Part shown: in pieces, positions 54,184-63,896 of the stretch | How the letters are laid out: every line of letters begins with the position of its first letter | How positions within the stretch are numbered: the stretch's first letter is position 1 | Source of the DNA: an uncultured Pirellulales bacterium | GTDB lineage: Bacteria; Planctomycetota; Phycisphaerae; Sedimentisphaerales; Anaerohalosphaeraceae | Direction: 5' to 3' | NCBI GenBank assembly: GCA_964454745.1 | Contig: CAYVUI010000002.1 | Location: 27,643-91,642 of the forward strand | DNA: 64,000 nucleotides | Notes under the pieces: model-generated | The model's input: the letters and a program-made list of their open reading frames with translations, nothing else | What the model was told of the DNA's origin: nothing | Databases searched by the model: none | Translations under genes and position numbers: made by a program

Positions 54184-56127
54184 ATGTTCAAAAACACAAG
54201 TTTAGCAGCAAAAATGGCCCTGGGGTTTTCAACCCTGATCGTTATCGCCGTTGTCATGGGACTGGCCGGGTATATGGGCCTGAGCAAAGTACGTCAGATC
54301 GCCGGGCTCAATGAGCAGGGAAATACCTGTGTCGGGTCCATGAATCAGTGTGCCGCTCATCGGCGCGATTTTGCGATCCGAGGATTTACCCCGGCACCGG
54401 GCAAAGAAGAAAATGCCGCCCAGTTGTGGACCAAAGCCTACGACCAGTGGCATGATAACTTACAGGCTCTCCATGATATGGACGGCCTTAGTTCCAGCCA
54501 GCAGCAGACGGTTACTGACACTACAACGCTGATGGAAGAGTATAAAAGCATCTTTGAAGACCTTGCAAGCGCCCAAAAGGAGAAAGACGCAGCCTGGGCA
54601 CAGTGGGGCAAAGTCGGCTGGAGCATCACCGAAAATATCAATGCTGCAAATCAGGACGTAATCAATCCTGCCATCGAAAAAGCCAAAGCGGACCAGGATG
54701 TTGAAAAGCTGGCCCAGTGGACTTCCATTCAGTCAAAACTCAATGAAGAAGTTGTTGCCAACTTCCTCGTTTTGCGAATTTGCGCGGTATACTTCGCCAA
54801 GACAGAGGCGGATGTTCAGTATGAAAATTATAATGACCAACTGCAAAAGGTCCAGACCGCAGCTAATCACTTTAATGAACTTGCCAGCGTCGACTCGGCC
54901 CTAAAGCAGGCCGCAGGAAATGTGGTTAACTTTATCGGCCAGTACCAACAGGCCGGTGAAAAGTACTATCACGGCGTTGTGAGCCAGCGTCAGGCTGATG
55001 CAGAGATGGGGCCGACCGCGGCTGCAATCGTGTCAAATATGAATTCACTAAAGGAATCCCTCGATCACTCGATGGACAGGACCGCCGCAGGCACAAACCT
55101 GATGCTGCTTAGCATGGTCATCACAGGTGTAGTAATCGGCTGCTCTCTTGCGTTTGTCATCACCCTGAGCATTACCAAGCCGATCAATACGATCATCGCA
55201 GGCCTGACCGAAGGCGCCGAGCAGGTTTCTTCCGCCTCCAACCAGGTATCCGCTTCCTCGCAGAGCCTCGCGGAAGGGGCGACCGAGCAGGCAGCCGGCC
55301 TGGAAGAAACGTCCTCCAGCCTCGAAGAGATGGCTTCGATGACCCGTCAAAATGCCGAAAATGCTGGACAGGCGCAAACGCTCTCTGATGAGACCCAGCG
55401 TGCAGCCAATGAAGGCAATGAGTCCATGACTCGGATGAACCAGGCGATCAACGATATCCAGAAGTCGTCCGACGAAACGGCCAAGATCATCAAGGTTATT
55501 GACGAGATCGCCTTCCAGACGAACCTGCTGGCCCTGAACGCCGCGGTCGAAGCCGCACGTGCGGGTGAAGCCGGCAAGGGATTTGCCGTCGTGGCCGAGG
55601 AAGTTCGCAACCTCGCGATGCGAAGTGCGGAAGCTGCAAAGAATACGTCCGACATGATCCAGGAATCCACGAAGAACGCCCAGCAGGGTGTGGATATCGC
55701 CCAGGAAGTGGCACGTTCACTGGAAAACATCGTGGACAAGGCGACCAAATCTTCGCAGTTGATCTCCGAGATTGCAACCGCATCCGACGAACAGGCCCAG
55801 GGCGTAGACCAGGTCAACACCGCGGTCACCCAGATGGACAAGGTGACACAACAGAATGCGGCCAACGCGGAAGAATCCGCCAGTGCATCTGAAGAACTCA
55901 ACGCACAGGCACAGTCTATGAATTCGATCGTGGACGACCTCGCGCTGCTGATCCGTGGAAACAAGAAAGGGACTTCGCAGAATTCCAAGGGCCGCAAAGG
56001 TGAATTGAGCCACTCCGACCAGGTCTTCCATCAGATCGCGAAGGGAAAACCTTCACAGGCTCCGTCAAAGCGTGAGCCCAGTGCGAATGAAATCTCCGAA
56101 AAGGATTTTGAATCTTTTAACAGTTAA
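54184..56127 (+). CDS. methyl-accepting chemotaxis protein
   Basis: Two TM helices around a helical sensor domain, then HAMP. Highly conserved signalling hairpin [40 protein letters not shown]. Confidence 0.92.
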   Translation: MFKNTSLAAKMALGFSTLIVIAVVMGLAGYMGLSKVRQIAGLNEQGNTCVGSMNQCAAHRRDFAIRGFTPAPGKEENAAQLWTKAYDQWHDNLQALHDMDGLSSSQQQTVTDTTTLMEEYKSIFEDLASAQKEKDAAWAQWGKVGWSITENINAANQDVINPAIEKAKADQDVEKLAQWTSIQSKLNEEVVANFLVLRICAVYFAKTEADVQYENYNDQLQKVQTAANHFNELASVDSALKQAAGNVVNFIGQYQQAGEKYYHGVVSQRQADAEMGPTAAAIVSNMNSLKESLDHSMDRTAAGTNLMLLSMVITGVVIGCSLAFVITLSITKPINTIIAGLTEGAEQVSSASNQVSASSQSLAEGATEQAAGLEETSSSLEEMASMTRQNAENAGQAQTLSDETQRAANEGNESMTRMNQAINDIQKSSDETAKIIKVIDEIAFQTNLLALNAAVEAARAGEAGKGFAVVAEEVRNLAMRSAEAAKNTSDMIQESTKNAQQGVDIAQEVARSLENIVDKATKSSQLISEIATASDEQAQGVDQVNTAVTQMDKVTQQNAANAEESASASEELNAQAQSMNSIVDDLALLIRGNKKGTSQNSKGRKGELSHSDQVFHQIAKGKPSQAPSKREPSANEISEKDFESFNS

Positions 56128-56185
56128 CTGACATGAACGGCTGTAAAGCCGATACGAACCCAATAGCTCCCAGTTTCATGTTCAT

Positions 56186-56217
56186 GGCCCCGGCACTCCC
56201 AACCGGGGCCAATTTTT
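56186..56217 (+). terminator. rho-independent terminator after the MCP gene (hairpin shared with the convergent clpX)
   Basis: GGCCCCGG (56186-56193) pairs with CCGGGGCC (56203-56210), followed by AATTTTT. There is no U-tract on the - strand. Confidence 0.75.
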
Positions 56218-57475
56218 ATGCAGATTCTTTTTGGACCTGGGTCCGCTCGAATAGATCGACCTTCTTGTGAATCACATCCGGATCGATCACGTATTGACCG
56301 CCCTTGGGTGCCTCGGGAAGGTGATACATGATCTCAATCATGATTTCCTCAATAATCCCGCGAAGTGCCCGTGCACCGGTATCCCTCTGGAGGGCCCGTT
56401 CCGCCAGCAATTCCAGGGCCTCCTTCGTAAAGGTAAGCTCGGCGTCTTCCATCTGGAAAAACTTCTGATACTGCTTGACGAGTGCGTTTTTGGGCTGGGT
56501 CAGGATTTCAACCAGCGCATCGGTATCCAGCGAGCTTAGCGTCGTAATTACCGGCAGACGTCCGACAATCTCCGGGATCATACCGTACTCAATCACATCC
56601 TCAGGGATCACCTCGCTGATCACTTCGCTGTAATCCTGCCGGGCATCGGCCGCGGTGCCCTGCTCACTGGTAAAACCGATCATTTTTTTACCGAGCCGCT
56701 TCTTGATGATATTTTCAAGACCGACAAAAGTCCCCCCGCAGATAAACATAATCTGGGAGGTATCGATCTGGATATACGATTGTTCAGGGTGCTTCCTTCC
56801 GCCCTGGGGCGGGATATTCGCGGTAGTACCCTCGAGCATCTTGAGCAGCGCCTGCTGAACGCCTTCGCCCGATACATCGCGGGTAATCGAGACATTCTGG
56901 TTCGTCTTGCCGACCTTGTCAATTTCATCGACGTAAACGATACCCCGCTGAGCTGCTTCGATATCGTAATCCGCTGCCTGGAGCAGGCGAAGCAGGAAAT
57001 TTTCGACATCCTCGCCGACATACCCGGCTTCGGTCACCGTCGTCGCGTCGCAAATCGCGAAAGGAACGTTCAGAGTGCGTGCCAGCGTCTTGGCCAGCAG
57101 CGTCTTTCCCGATCCCGTCGGGCCGATGAGCAGGATGTTCGACTTCTCAATCTCGACATCCCCGTCCTGGCTGTCGGCATGAATCAGCCTTTTGTAGTGG
57201 TTATAGACCGATACCGCCAGCGATTTCTTGGCATTGTCCTGCCCGATCACGTACTGATCGAGAAACTCCTTGATCTCGCGGGGCCGGGGGATATCCGAAA
57301 CCGAAGTCGAGGCTCCCTTGGTCCTGCGGCGTTCCTGGCGGACGATATTATAGCAAAGATCAATACATTCCGGGCAGATATATACCTCACCCGGGCCTTC
57401 CACAAAGGCATCGGACTGCTTGCGTGTTCTCCCGCAAAAGCTGCAAATCTCTTTCTTTTTATCTCGATCAGTCAT
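56216..57475 (-). CDS. clpX: ATP-dependent Clp protease ATP-binding subunit ClpX
   Basis: C4 zinc ribbon CSFCGR...CPEC, Walker [18 protein letters not shown]. ClpX-typical length (419 aa). No clpP is adjacent. Confidence 0.95.
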   Translation of the reverse strand: MTDRDKKKEICSFCGRTRKQSDAFVEGPGEVYICPECIDLCYNIVRQERRRTKGASTSVSDIPRPREIKEFLDQYVIGQDNAKKSLAVSVYNHYKRLIHADSQDGDVEIEKSNILLIGPTGSGKTLLAKTLARTLNVPFAICDATTVTEAGYVGEDVENFLLRLLQAADYDIEAAQRGIVYVDEIDKVGKTNQNVSITRDVSGEGVQQALLKMLEGTTANIPPQGGRKHPEQSYIQIDTSQIMFICGGTFVGLENIIKKRLGKKMIGFTSEQGTAADARQDYSEVISEVIPEDVIEYGMIPEIVGRLPVITTLSSLDTDALVEILTQPKNALVKQYQKFFQMEDAELTFTKEALELLAERALQRDTGARALRGIIEEIMIEIMYHLPEAPKGGQYVIDPDVIHKKVDLFERTQVQKESA

Positions 57476-57560
57476 GATTCTTATCCTGCGTAGAATTTAA
57501 AGACACATTTTCCCTGTTTTCACTGTCAACATTGTATTATAGGCAATCCAGCCAGAGAAT

Positions 57561-59744
57561 TCAAGGGGAAGACGAAGAAGGAGCCCAGGCGATTTCCCGA
57601 ATTTTGTATTTCCACATCTCCGGGATATCCGAAAAACCTTTTTCAAGCACCTCTATGGCCCGTAAGACCTCATCCCGCGAAACCCCGTCCATTTGAGAAA
57701 AACAGAGAATCTGGTAGTATTTGGCCCGCCACCAGAAAAAATTCCCCTTTTCTGAGCCGATTTTGGTGTTTCGGGAGACCTGGGTCCAGTATTTCGCGGC
57801 GTATCCGTACCTTTTTTTGGCAAATTCCAGTCGGCCCATCGCACGAATCCACCGTATCGACTCCTCCTGGCCCCGGCCGGCCGTCAGGTCGAGGATCGCC
57901 TGGGCCTTGCTGCGTGTTGTCAGGGAATCGCCGCCGCCAAATAGGGCCGCCTCCGCCCAGGCAGTCTTGAGCTGCGGGGCATTTTGCGGACTCTGCGAGG
58001 CGAGGCGATCAAGCGCCTGCGTTGTATCAGCCAAAAAGGTCTCCGTTTCGACCGCGGATTCCACACACAGTTCCAGCCGGTCGGTAATCGCTAAAAGAAC
58101 CTGGGCCGCCTGGCCGCACCAATCTAAATCAACACTCGGCTCATCGCCCTGCACAACAGAAAGCAAAACCCTCACGGCCGGATGATATTCTTCCAGCAGG
58201 TAGTGTGCCCTTGCCGCGAGCAGTGCCTTTTGCGGGTCCGCTTGATCCGACTTCTCCCGGCTCAGAACATAGAGCACCTCTTCGGCATTCTGCTTGCTGT
58301 TTTCCTGGAGCAGAAACTGGCAAAACAGCACCCGGGCGTGCTGACGCATCCGCCTTTCCGGACCAGTGCCCCCAACCGGTTCCTCCACAAGGGCACGCAG
58401 CATCGACATGCCGGCATGCCACGGGGCCGAGCCGGGCTGGGCCACTTTGAGCCCTTCGGCAATCAGCTCAATACGGGCCGCCACTGCATAGGCCCCCCCG
58501 CGGCGAGAAAGATCTTCGAGTTTCTTAAGTGCCCTGCCCTTCTGGCCGGACTCTTTGAGCAAGCGGATATAGTCATACTCAATTTGCGGATCGACGGATT
58601 TAGCCGTCTTTGCATAATACGCGTAAGCCTTTTCAGGGATGGCGGTACTGGATACCTGCTTGGTAAAATACATCTCCAGGGCCGTGCGGGCCGCCTCTTT
58701 GGCGATATCCTCCGGGGCGATATACAACAGGTCATCGGGCTGTTTGTCCATCGCGGCGGCGGCCTTTAGGTAATACTCCATTGCGCGGACGAGCGACTCC
58801 GGCCGGGAGGCCTCGCCAGCGAGCATATAGATCAAACTCAGCTTAAACTTTTCGTACCCGAGCAAACCATCCAGCAGCGGACGATAACTGACCAAATCCT
58901 CCTGGTCCGCAAGCACCAGGCACGCCAGCTCCGCTTCATACCCTCTCATTTTCGCAATGGATTGCCACTGACCGCTTACGGAGGCATTTTGCAGCCGGGC
59001 AAAAGCGGCCTTGCCCGCGGCCCAGCCAAGGCCCGGATTACGGTTGACAACCTTTTCAAGATAAGAGGCATCGCCCGCCTTTGCGACCAGGTATGCCACG
59101 CGCAGCGACAGTTCCGGATGAGAAGACACCACGCTGCTTTCAAGGTCTTTTTTCAAAGCCCATACCGTCTGCGGATTCATCGGGTCCTGGATTTTAACCG
59201 CCAGGATCTCCGCCTCAATATCCCAGAGGGGATTGACGCCGCGGGCCTGGTTTAATACCTTGAGCCGCTGGCGGTACAGGGCCTTTCGCTGGGAAAGATT
59301 CTTCGTCTCGCCAAGTGCCTTGTAAAACTGCACCTCATCGAGCATCAGCTCAGAAGCCTGAACGTGATTCTTCAGTTTCCGCCAGAGCCCGCTTTGACCG
59401 TAAAGACGGTCCCAATCCTCGCCCTGGTACTCTTCGATCCTGACAAGAGCCGCTTTCTGCCCCCCCAGCAGATCGGTCAATTCTTTCTGCACCTTGTGAG
59501 CCAGGTCAGACAGTTCCAGGCGATCGTTCTCACTGACAAAAGTGTCGTCATAGTCAAAACCCAGCCGTACAAGGCGGGTCGAATCCATAAAGGTTTCATA
59601 GCCGGCCAGCACTTGTGAATAAAGAGACGCGATTTCATCCCGCGCAACCGGGCCGGCCCCGAAAGCAAGAACCGCAAAAAAACAAAGCGAAAACAGGAAT
59701 GGAATGGGTCGATTCTTACAAGTCAAACTGAATCTCCGTTGCAC
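57561..59744 (-). CDS. hypothetical secreted all-helical (TPR-like) protein
   Basis: Signal peptide (PFLFSLCFFAVLAFGA). 727 aa, rich in Ala/Leu helical repeats. Its start overlaps the exbD-like stop by 29 nt. Confidence 0.6.
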   Translation of the reverse strand: MQRRFSLTCKNRPIPFLFSLCFFAVLAFGAGPVARDEIASLYSQVLAGYETFMDSTRLVRLGFDYDDTFVSENDRLELSDLAHKVQKELTDLLGGQKAALVRIEEYQGEDWDRLYGQSGLWRKLKNHVQASELMLDEVQFYKALGETKNLSQRKALYRQRLKVLNQARGVNPLWDIEAEILAVKIQDPMNPQTVWALKKDLESSVVSSHPELSLRVAYLVAKAGDASYLEKVVNRNPGLGWAAGKAAFARLQNASVSGQWQSIAKMRGYEAELACLVLADQEDLVSYRPLLDGLLGYEKFKLSLIYMLAGEASRPESLVRAMEYYLKAAAAMDKQPDDLLYIAPEDIAKEAARTALEMYFTKQVSSTAIPEKAYAYYAKTAKSVDPQIEYDYIRLLKESGQKGRALKKLEDLSRRGGAYAVAARIELIAEGLKVAQPGSAPWHAGMSMLRALVEEPVGGTGPERRMRQHARVLFCQFLLQENSKQNAEEVLYVLSREKSDQADPQKALLAARAHYLLEEYHPAVRVLLSVVQGDEPSVDLDWCGQAAQVLLAITDRLELCVESAVETETFLADTTQALDRLASQSPQNAPQLKTAWAEAALFGGGDSLTTRSKAQAILDLTAGRGQEESIRWIRAMGRLEFAKKRYGYAAKYWTQVSRNTKIGSEKGNFFWWRAKYYQILCFSQMDGVSRDEVLRAIEVLEKGFSDIPEMWKYKIREIAWAPSSSSP

Positions 59745-60216
59745 CTAAGCTGTAAAGCAAATTGTAGAGTTTCACGAGATAATCCCACTGAAGCTGCTCG
59801 TCGCACTGCAGGATGATCGGGTCTTTCGGCCTGCGGTGGGCCGCGTCTAACTGGCTGACAAATCCATTGGCCAGCAGCGTCATATCCTCTTCCAGGCTCG
59901 GTCGGTTTACCGCATAAAGGATGCCATTGAGATCCACGGTAAAGCCGGTATTGCCGGGCGATTGGGCCACGGCAAGCGTCCAGGGATCAATCACGTTGAC
60001 CACGCTCTGCGCCGCCTCGCTGTCGGGCAGACTGACTGGGAGAAACTGCTCCGGTATCCGAAATTTCGCCGTCAGCACGAAAAAGGTCAGCAGCAGGAAA
60101 ATCACATCAATCATCGCCGTAAGATGCAGGCGCATCCTCGGCTTTTTGCGTTGAAGGCCGTGAAGGCCTTCGAGTATGCTGGATTCATGTTCCTGTGAAC
60201 GGGTCAGACCATCCAT
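59716..60216 (-). CDS. ExbD/TolR-family biopolymer transport protein
   Basis: LHLTAMIDVIFLLLTFFVLTAKF TM segment, followed by a periplasmic domain. Confidence 0.8.
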   Translation of the reverse strand: MDGLTRSQEHESSILEGLHGLQRKKPRMRLHLTAMIDVIFLLLTFFVLTAKFRIPEQFLPVSLPDSEAAQSVVNVIDPWTLAVAQSPGNTGFTVDLNGILYAVNRPSLEEDMTLLANGFVSQLDAAHRRPKDPIILQCDEQLQWDYLVKLYNLLYSLGATEIQFDL

Positions 60217-60231
60217 GGCATTTTAACCTGT

Positions 60232-60828
60232 TTACCTTTTCATGGAGATTGGCTGCTGGTTTTGCCCAACACAATGCGTTCGCACATTCTGAAGGCCCTG
60301 GTTAAAAGCCTGGAGATTGATCTCGGTCATCTGGCGGTTTTTCTTCTGGAACAAATCCTCGATCGACTGGCGGATGCTGTCCGGGTGCAGCAACTCTGTG
60401 GCCCCGATACACGCGCCCAGCGCCACGATATTCGCCACGCGGGATTCCCCCAGGCCCTTGGCGATTTCCGTCGCGTCAATCATGGCCAGGTTCAAATCCT
60501 CGCGTTCCACATCCCGCTGGGTCATCGAGGTGTTAAGAATCACAAAACCGCCCGGCGTAATCACCGGTTCAAACTTGTCAAGTGAGGGCTGGTTGAGAAT
60601 AATCGCAAGGTTGGGATAGACGACCACCGGCGACGAAATTTCCTGATCGGAAATGACCAGCGTCGCATTGGCGGTTCCGCCGCGCATTTCCACACCGTAC
60701 GAAACCATTCCCGTCACGTATTTGCCCTCGATCATACAGGCACGGGCAAGGACATTGCCCGCCAGGACCACACCCTGACCGCCATGACCGGCCACCTTGA
60801 TTTTGATTTCCGTATCAGTCATTTTCAT
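60232..60828 (-). CDS. 2-oxoacid:ferredoxin oxidoreductase, gamma subunit
   Basis: IKVAGHGGQGVVLAGNVLA (GxGGQG). Confidence 0.88.
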   Translation of the reverse strand: MKMTDTEIKIKVAGHGGQGVVLAGNVLARACMIEGKYVTGMVSYGVEMRGGTANATLVISDQEISSPVVVYPNLAIILNQPSLDKFEPVITPGGFVILNTSMTQRDVEREDLNLAMIDATEIAKGLGESRVANIVALGACIGATELLHPDSIRQSIEDLFQKKNRQMTEINLQAFNQGLQNVRTHCVGQNQQPISMKR

Positions 60829-60835
60829 TCCTTCT

Positions 60836-61582
60836 TTAGCGGGCGTCTTTGATCACACCCACCGGAAATGCCTTTTTCATTTCATTGGCCACAAACGCCG
60901 CTGAGTCCTTTGCCGAAAGTTTCCAGTCCGTCGGACACATCGAAAGAACCTCGATCAGCGAAAACCCCCGGTTCTCAATCTGGTTCTGAAAACCCGTTCG
61001 AATCGCCTCTTTGGCCCGTTTCGTATCTTCACTTGTACCAAGCGCCGCCCGCTCAAGATAGGTCACACCGTCAAGTTCTTTGAGCAGTTCACAAACCCGG
61101 ATCGGCCCGCCCTCCTGGTTTTTCCCGCGGCCCTTGCGGGTGGTGGAGGTCTTCTGGCCCAGCATGGTGGTCGGGGCCATTTGCCCGCCGGTCATGCCGT
61201 AAATCGCATTATTGATGAAAATGATGGTGATATTCTCACCGCGGTTGGCCGTATGGATCGTCTCGCCGGTCCCGATGGCCGCAAGGTCACCGTCCCCCTG
61301 GTAGGTAAAGACAACCTTATCCGGATGGACCCGTTTGATTGCCGTCGCCACTGCCGGGCTTCGCCCGTGGGCACATTCAATCACATCAAAGTTGAAGTAA
61401 TTATAAAGCAACACTGCACAGCCCACCGGCGCCGTACCGATGGTCTGCTCACGAACGCCGAGTTCATCGATCACCTCGGCGACAAGCCGATGCGCCACCG
61501 CATGGCCGCAGCCGCCGCAATAATGCTTTTTTGCTTCTTTTGCCGTTTTGGTCATTTCGATTTCTTTTTCGGTCACAAGCAT
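60836..61582 (-). CDS. 2-oxoacid:ferredoxin oxidoreductase, beta (TPP-binding) subunit
   Basis: YCGGCGH, TYQGDGDLAAIG, NNAIYGMTGGQ. Confidence 0.9.
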   Translation of the reverse strand: MLVTEKEIEMTKTAKEAKKHYCGGCGHAVAHRLVAEVIDELGVREQTIGTAPVGCAVLLYNYFNFDVIECAHGRSPAVATAIKRVHPDKVVFTYQGDGDLAAIGTGETIHTANRGENITIIFINNAIYGMTGGQMAPTTMLGQKTSTTRKGRGKNQEGGPIRVCELLKELDGVTYLERAALGTSEDTKRAKEAIRTGFQNQIENRGFSLIEVLSMCPTDWKLSAKDSAAFVANEMKKAFPVGVIKDAR

Positions 61583-61649
61583 GGTCTATCCCTTTCCATG
61601 CAAAATACATACGGACAGGAAAACAATCCGTCCGCCATTTATATATTTC

Positions 61650-62747
61650 TTACGCATTGTCACTTTGAAGCACGGAATAAATCTCCTGAATTTTTTCAAA
61701 TACGTTCTCCGGTGTCGGGTACCAGCCGCCGCCGTCCCCGAGAAAATCAACCGGGTACTGACATTTTGTAGCCAGTTTTACGTCTTCGATGAACTGCCCG
61801 CTGCTCATTTCAACCACCAGCAGCCGCCGAAGACTCGGCAATTCACAAACATCCTCAAAAGCACGCGAAGGGAAGGGCCAAAGACTGATCGGCCGGATCA
61901 TACCGACACGCATTCCTTCATTCCGGGCCTGCTTGACCGCAGCCCGGCAGATTCGCCCGGTAATCCCATACGCGGCAATCACCAGTTCAGCGTCTTCCAG
62001 CTCCATCGTATCGACAATCTCGATTTCGTGGGAAATACGCTCATATTTCGCCTTGAGGTTGCGATTGTGCTCGACGAGCTTATCCGGCGGATTGAGGTGC
62101 AAAGTCTTAACCACACGCGGATCACGCCCCTCGCAGCCGTCCAGGATATAGTCCTTTTCCGGAAGGTCAAATTTCGGCGTATACGGGCTCGGATCGATCG
62201 GCTCGGCCATCTGGGCGAGAATCCCATCGCCAAGGATCAATACCGGATTTCGATAATAGTCCGCGTAATCAAAGGCATCCCGCGTCAGGTTGTACAGTTC
62301 CTGCAAGGTGCCAGGGGCCAGTACGATCAGCCTGTAATCCCCGTGCCCGCCGCCTTTGACCGCCTGGAAATAATCCCCCTGGGCCGCCCGGATATTGCCA
62401 AGACCCGGCCCGCCCCGCATCATATTAACGATAACACACGGCAGCTCCGCCGCGGCGATATAACTGATTCCTTCCTGCTTTAAGCTGATCCCCGGTGAAG
62501 AGCTGCTGGTCATGCACCGCACCCCCGCGGCACTGGCACCAAAGATCATATTGATCGCCGCCAGCTCACTCTCGGCCTGGATGAACGTACCGCCGGCCTG
62601 GGGCATACGCCACGACATATACTCCGGGATCTCGTTTTGGGGGGTAATGGGATATCCGGCGAAGAAACGGCAATTCGCCTCGATGGCCGCTTCTGCCAAA
62701 AGCTCATTGCCTTTAAGCAGCAGTTTTTGAGACATCATTGTCCTCAT
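61650..62747 (-). CDS. 2-oxoacid:ferredoxin oxidoreductase, alpha subunit
   Basis: LKGNELLAEAAIEANCRFFAGYPITPQNEI. Start could be 62738 or 62735 (GAGGA just upstream). Confidence 0.9.
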   Translation of the reverse strand: MRTMMSQKLLLKGNELLAEAAIEANCRFFAGYPITPQNEIPEYMSWRMPQAGGTFIQAESELAAINMIFGASAAGVRCMTSSSSPGISLKQEGISYIAAAELPCVIVNMMRGGPGLGNIRAAQGDYFQAVKGGGHGDYRLIVLAPGTLQELYNLTRDAFDYADYYRNPVLILGDGILAQMAEPIDPSPYTPKFDLPEKDYILDGCEGRDPRVVKTLHLNPPDKLVEHNRNLKAKYERISHEIEIVDTMELEDAELVIAAYGITGRICRAAVKQARNEGMRVGMIRPISLWPFPSRAFEDVCELPSLRRLLVVEMSSGQFIEDVKLATKCQYPVDFLGDGGGWYPTPENVFEKIQEIYSVLQSDNA

Positions 62748-62807
62748 TTTTTTGGAGCGCCAAATTCAATTGTAATCAGGCCGCTCTCTATTTTTATGGC
62801 ATGTTCA

Positions 62808-62822
62808 GCAGGTTCAACCTGC
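62808..62822. repeat. 15-bp palindrome GCAGGTTCAACCTGC upstream of the OFOR operon
   Basis: 7-bp arms around a central C, 61-75 nt upstream of the ATG at 62747. Confidence 0.3.
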
Positions 62823-62879
62823 CTTGCCTAAATCCTTTTCGAACATATATGCAACATTTCTTTGCATTTTCCGCGAGAC

Positions 62880-62900
62880 ATTGGATGTCGGACATCCAAT
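62880..62900. repeat. 21-bp palindrome ATTGGATGTC-G-GACATCCAAT upstream of the OFOR operon
   Basis: Exact 10-bp arms around one central base. The loop is too tight for a simple RNA hairpin, so a dimeric protein site is more likely. Confidence 0.35.
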
Positions 62901-62939
62901 ACATATCTCGTTAGCTTACAACACCCTAACACAAACAGG

Positions 62940-63896
62940 CTATTGTGACAACTCTTTTTCAGATTCACTCTTGCGTTTGGGTGCTTCCCCATGTTCATTT
63001 TCAGGCTTTTTTCCAGCAAAACGGTTCGATTGCGTTTGATTTGTGAACAATTCCGCAAAGATTCGGTTGAGATTCTTCCTGTAAGTAAAGAGGATAAGAA
63101 ACGGGACCAGGCAGTAGAATTTAAGAAAATGGAGTATATAATGCTCCTTTTCGATCCATCCAGGGGCGAAAGTAAGCACTATCAGCAAAACCAGGGGAGT
63201 AATCCGCCACTTTTTGTCGCACATTTCCTGCCAGTCCCATTCAAGAAAGCCCGAGAGGCGTATCGATGCGAAAGCAATCACAAGCCCCAGGGCCGCCCCG
63301 GCCAGCACATCCGAGGGATAATGGGCAAGAGAGGTAACCCGCAATACCGCAATCGCCCCGGCTGCGACCATAAGCACACCTCCGACCAGGGGATTAACTG
63401 CATTGGCTACAACCCCCGCCGCCGCAAAAGCGGACGAAGTATCCCCGGAAGGAAAAGACTTCGACGGGCCCATTTGTGTGCCCCCCGCGGCAGGAGTATT
63501 TACCGCCGCCTGTGAGTTTTGCAGGTTTGCCTCCCGCGGACGGGGACGTCCCGTAACCGTCTTGATCCCCGAAACCAGGATCGCGACCAAAATCAGTGCA
63601 ATGGCGGCGTTGACAAAAATCCTCGGTTTGCGAGCCGCCCACGAATACAAAAGCAGCAGCCAGACCTGAAGCCAACTGTTGCCCAGCAACTTAAAAGCCC
63701 CCACCCACGGATAACGAACGGTGTAATCGAGCGTGCCGTCACTGGCTGTGACCTTTCCTGCGATAAATCGGTCAAAACCGGCTGCAAAGCTCAAACCTGC
63801 AAGCAGCAGGAGAATTAGAATAATCACCCAGAAAATTGGAAGTTTCTTAAAAAAAGAAAATGGAGAATTCCGGGCAAAACTGCTTTTGGCATCCAT
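62940..63896 (-). CDS. PAP2-superfamily membrane phosphatase-like protein
   Basis: Motif C1 KTVTGRPRP. Motif C2 reads FPSGDTS (Asp where PSGH has His). Motif C3 LRVTSLAHYPSDV. Multiple TM helices. Confidence 0.8.
   Translation of the reverse strand: MDAKSSFARNSPFSFFKKLPIFWVIILILLLLAGLSFAAGFDRFIAGKVTASDGTLDYTVRYPWVGAFKLLGNSWLQVWLLLLYSWAARKPRIFVNAAIALILVAILVSGIKTVTGRPRPREANLQNSQAAVNTPAAGGTQMGPSKSFPSGDTSSAFAAAGVVANAVNPLVGGVLMVAAGAIAVLRVTSLAHYPSDVLAGAALGLVIAFASIRLSGFLEWDWQEMCDKKWRITPLVLLIVLTFAPGWIEKEHYILHFLKFYCLVPFLILFTYRKNLNRIFAELFTNQTQSNRFAGKKPENEHGEAPKRKSESEKELSQ

Noticed and set aside
56780-57493. 237-aa + ORF antisense to clpX, and 311-aa + ORF (61548-62483) antisense to the OFOR alpha subunit.
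   Set aside because: These are shadow frames of genes with unambiguous signatures, and their products contain no motifs.
62748-62939. A small ferredoxin-like delta subunit gene (CxxCxxCxxxCP) upstream of the OFOR alpha subunit.
   Set aside because: The 192-nt region is AT-rich and has no Cys-rich open frame on the - strand. The enzyme appears to be a three-gene version, or it uses a ferredoxin encoded elsewhere.
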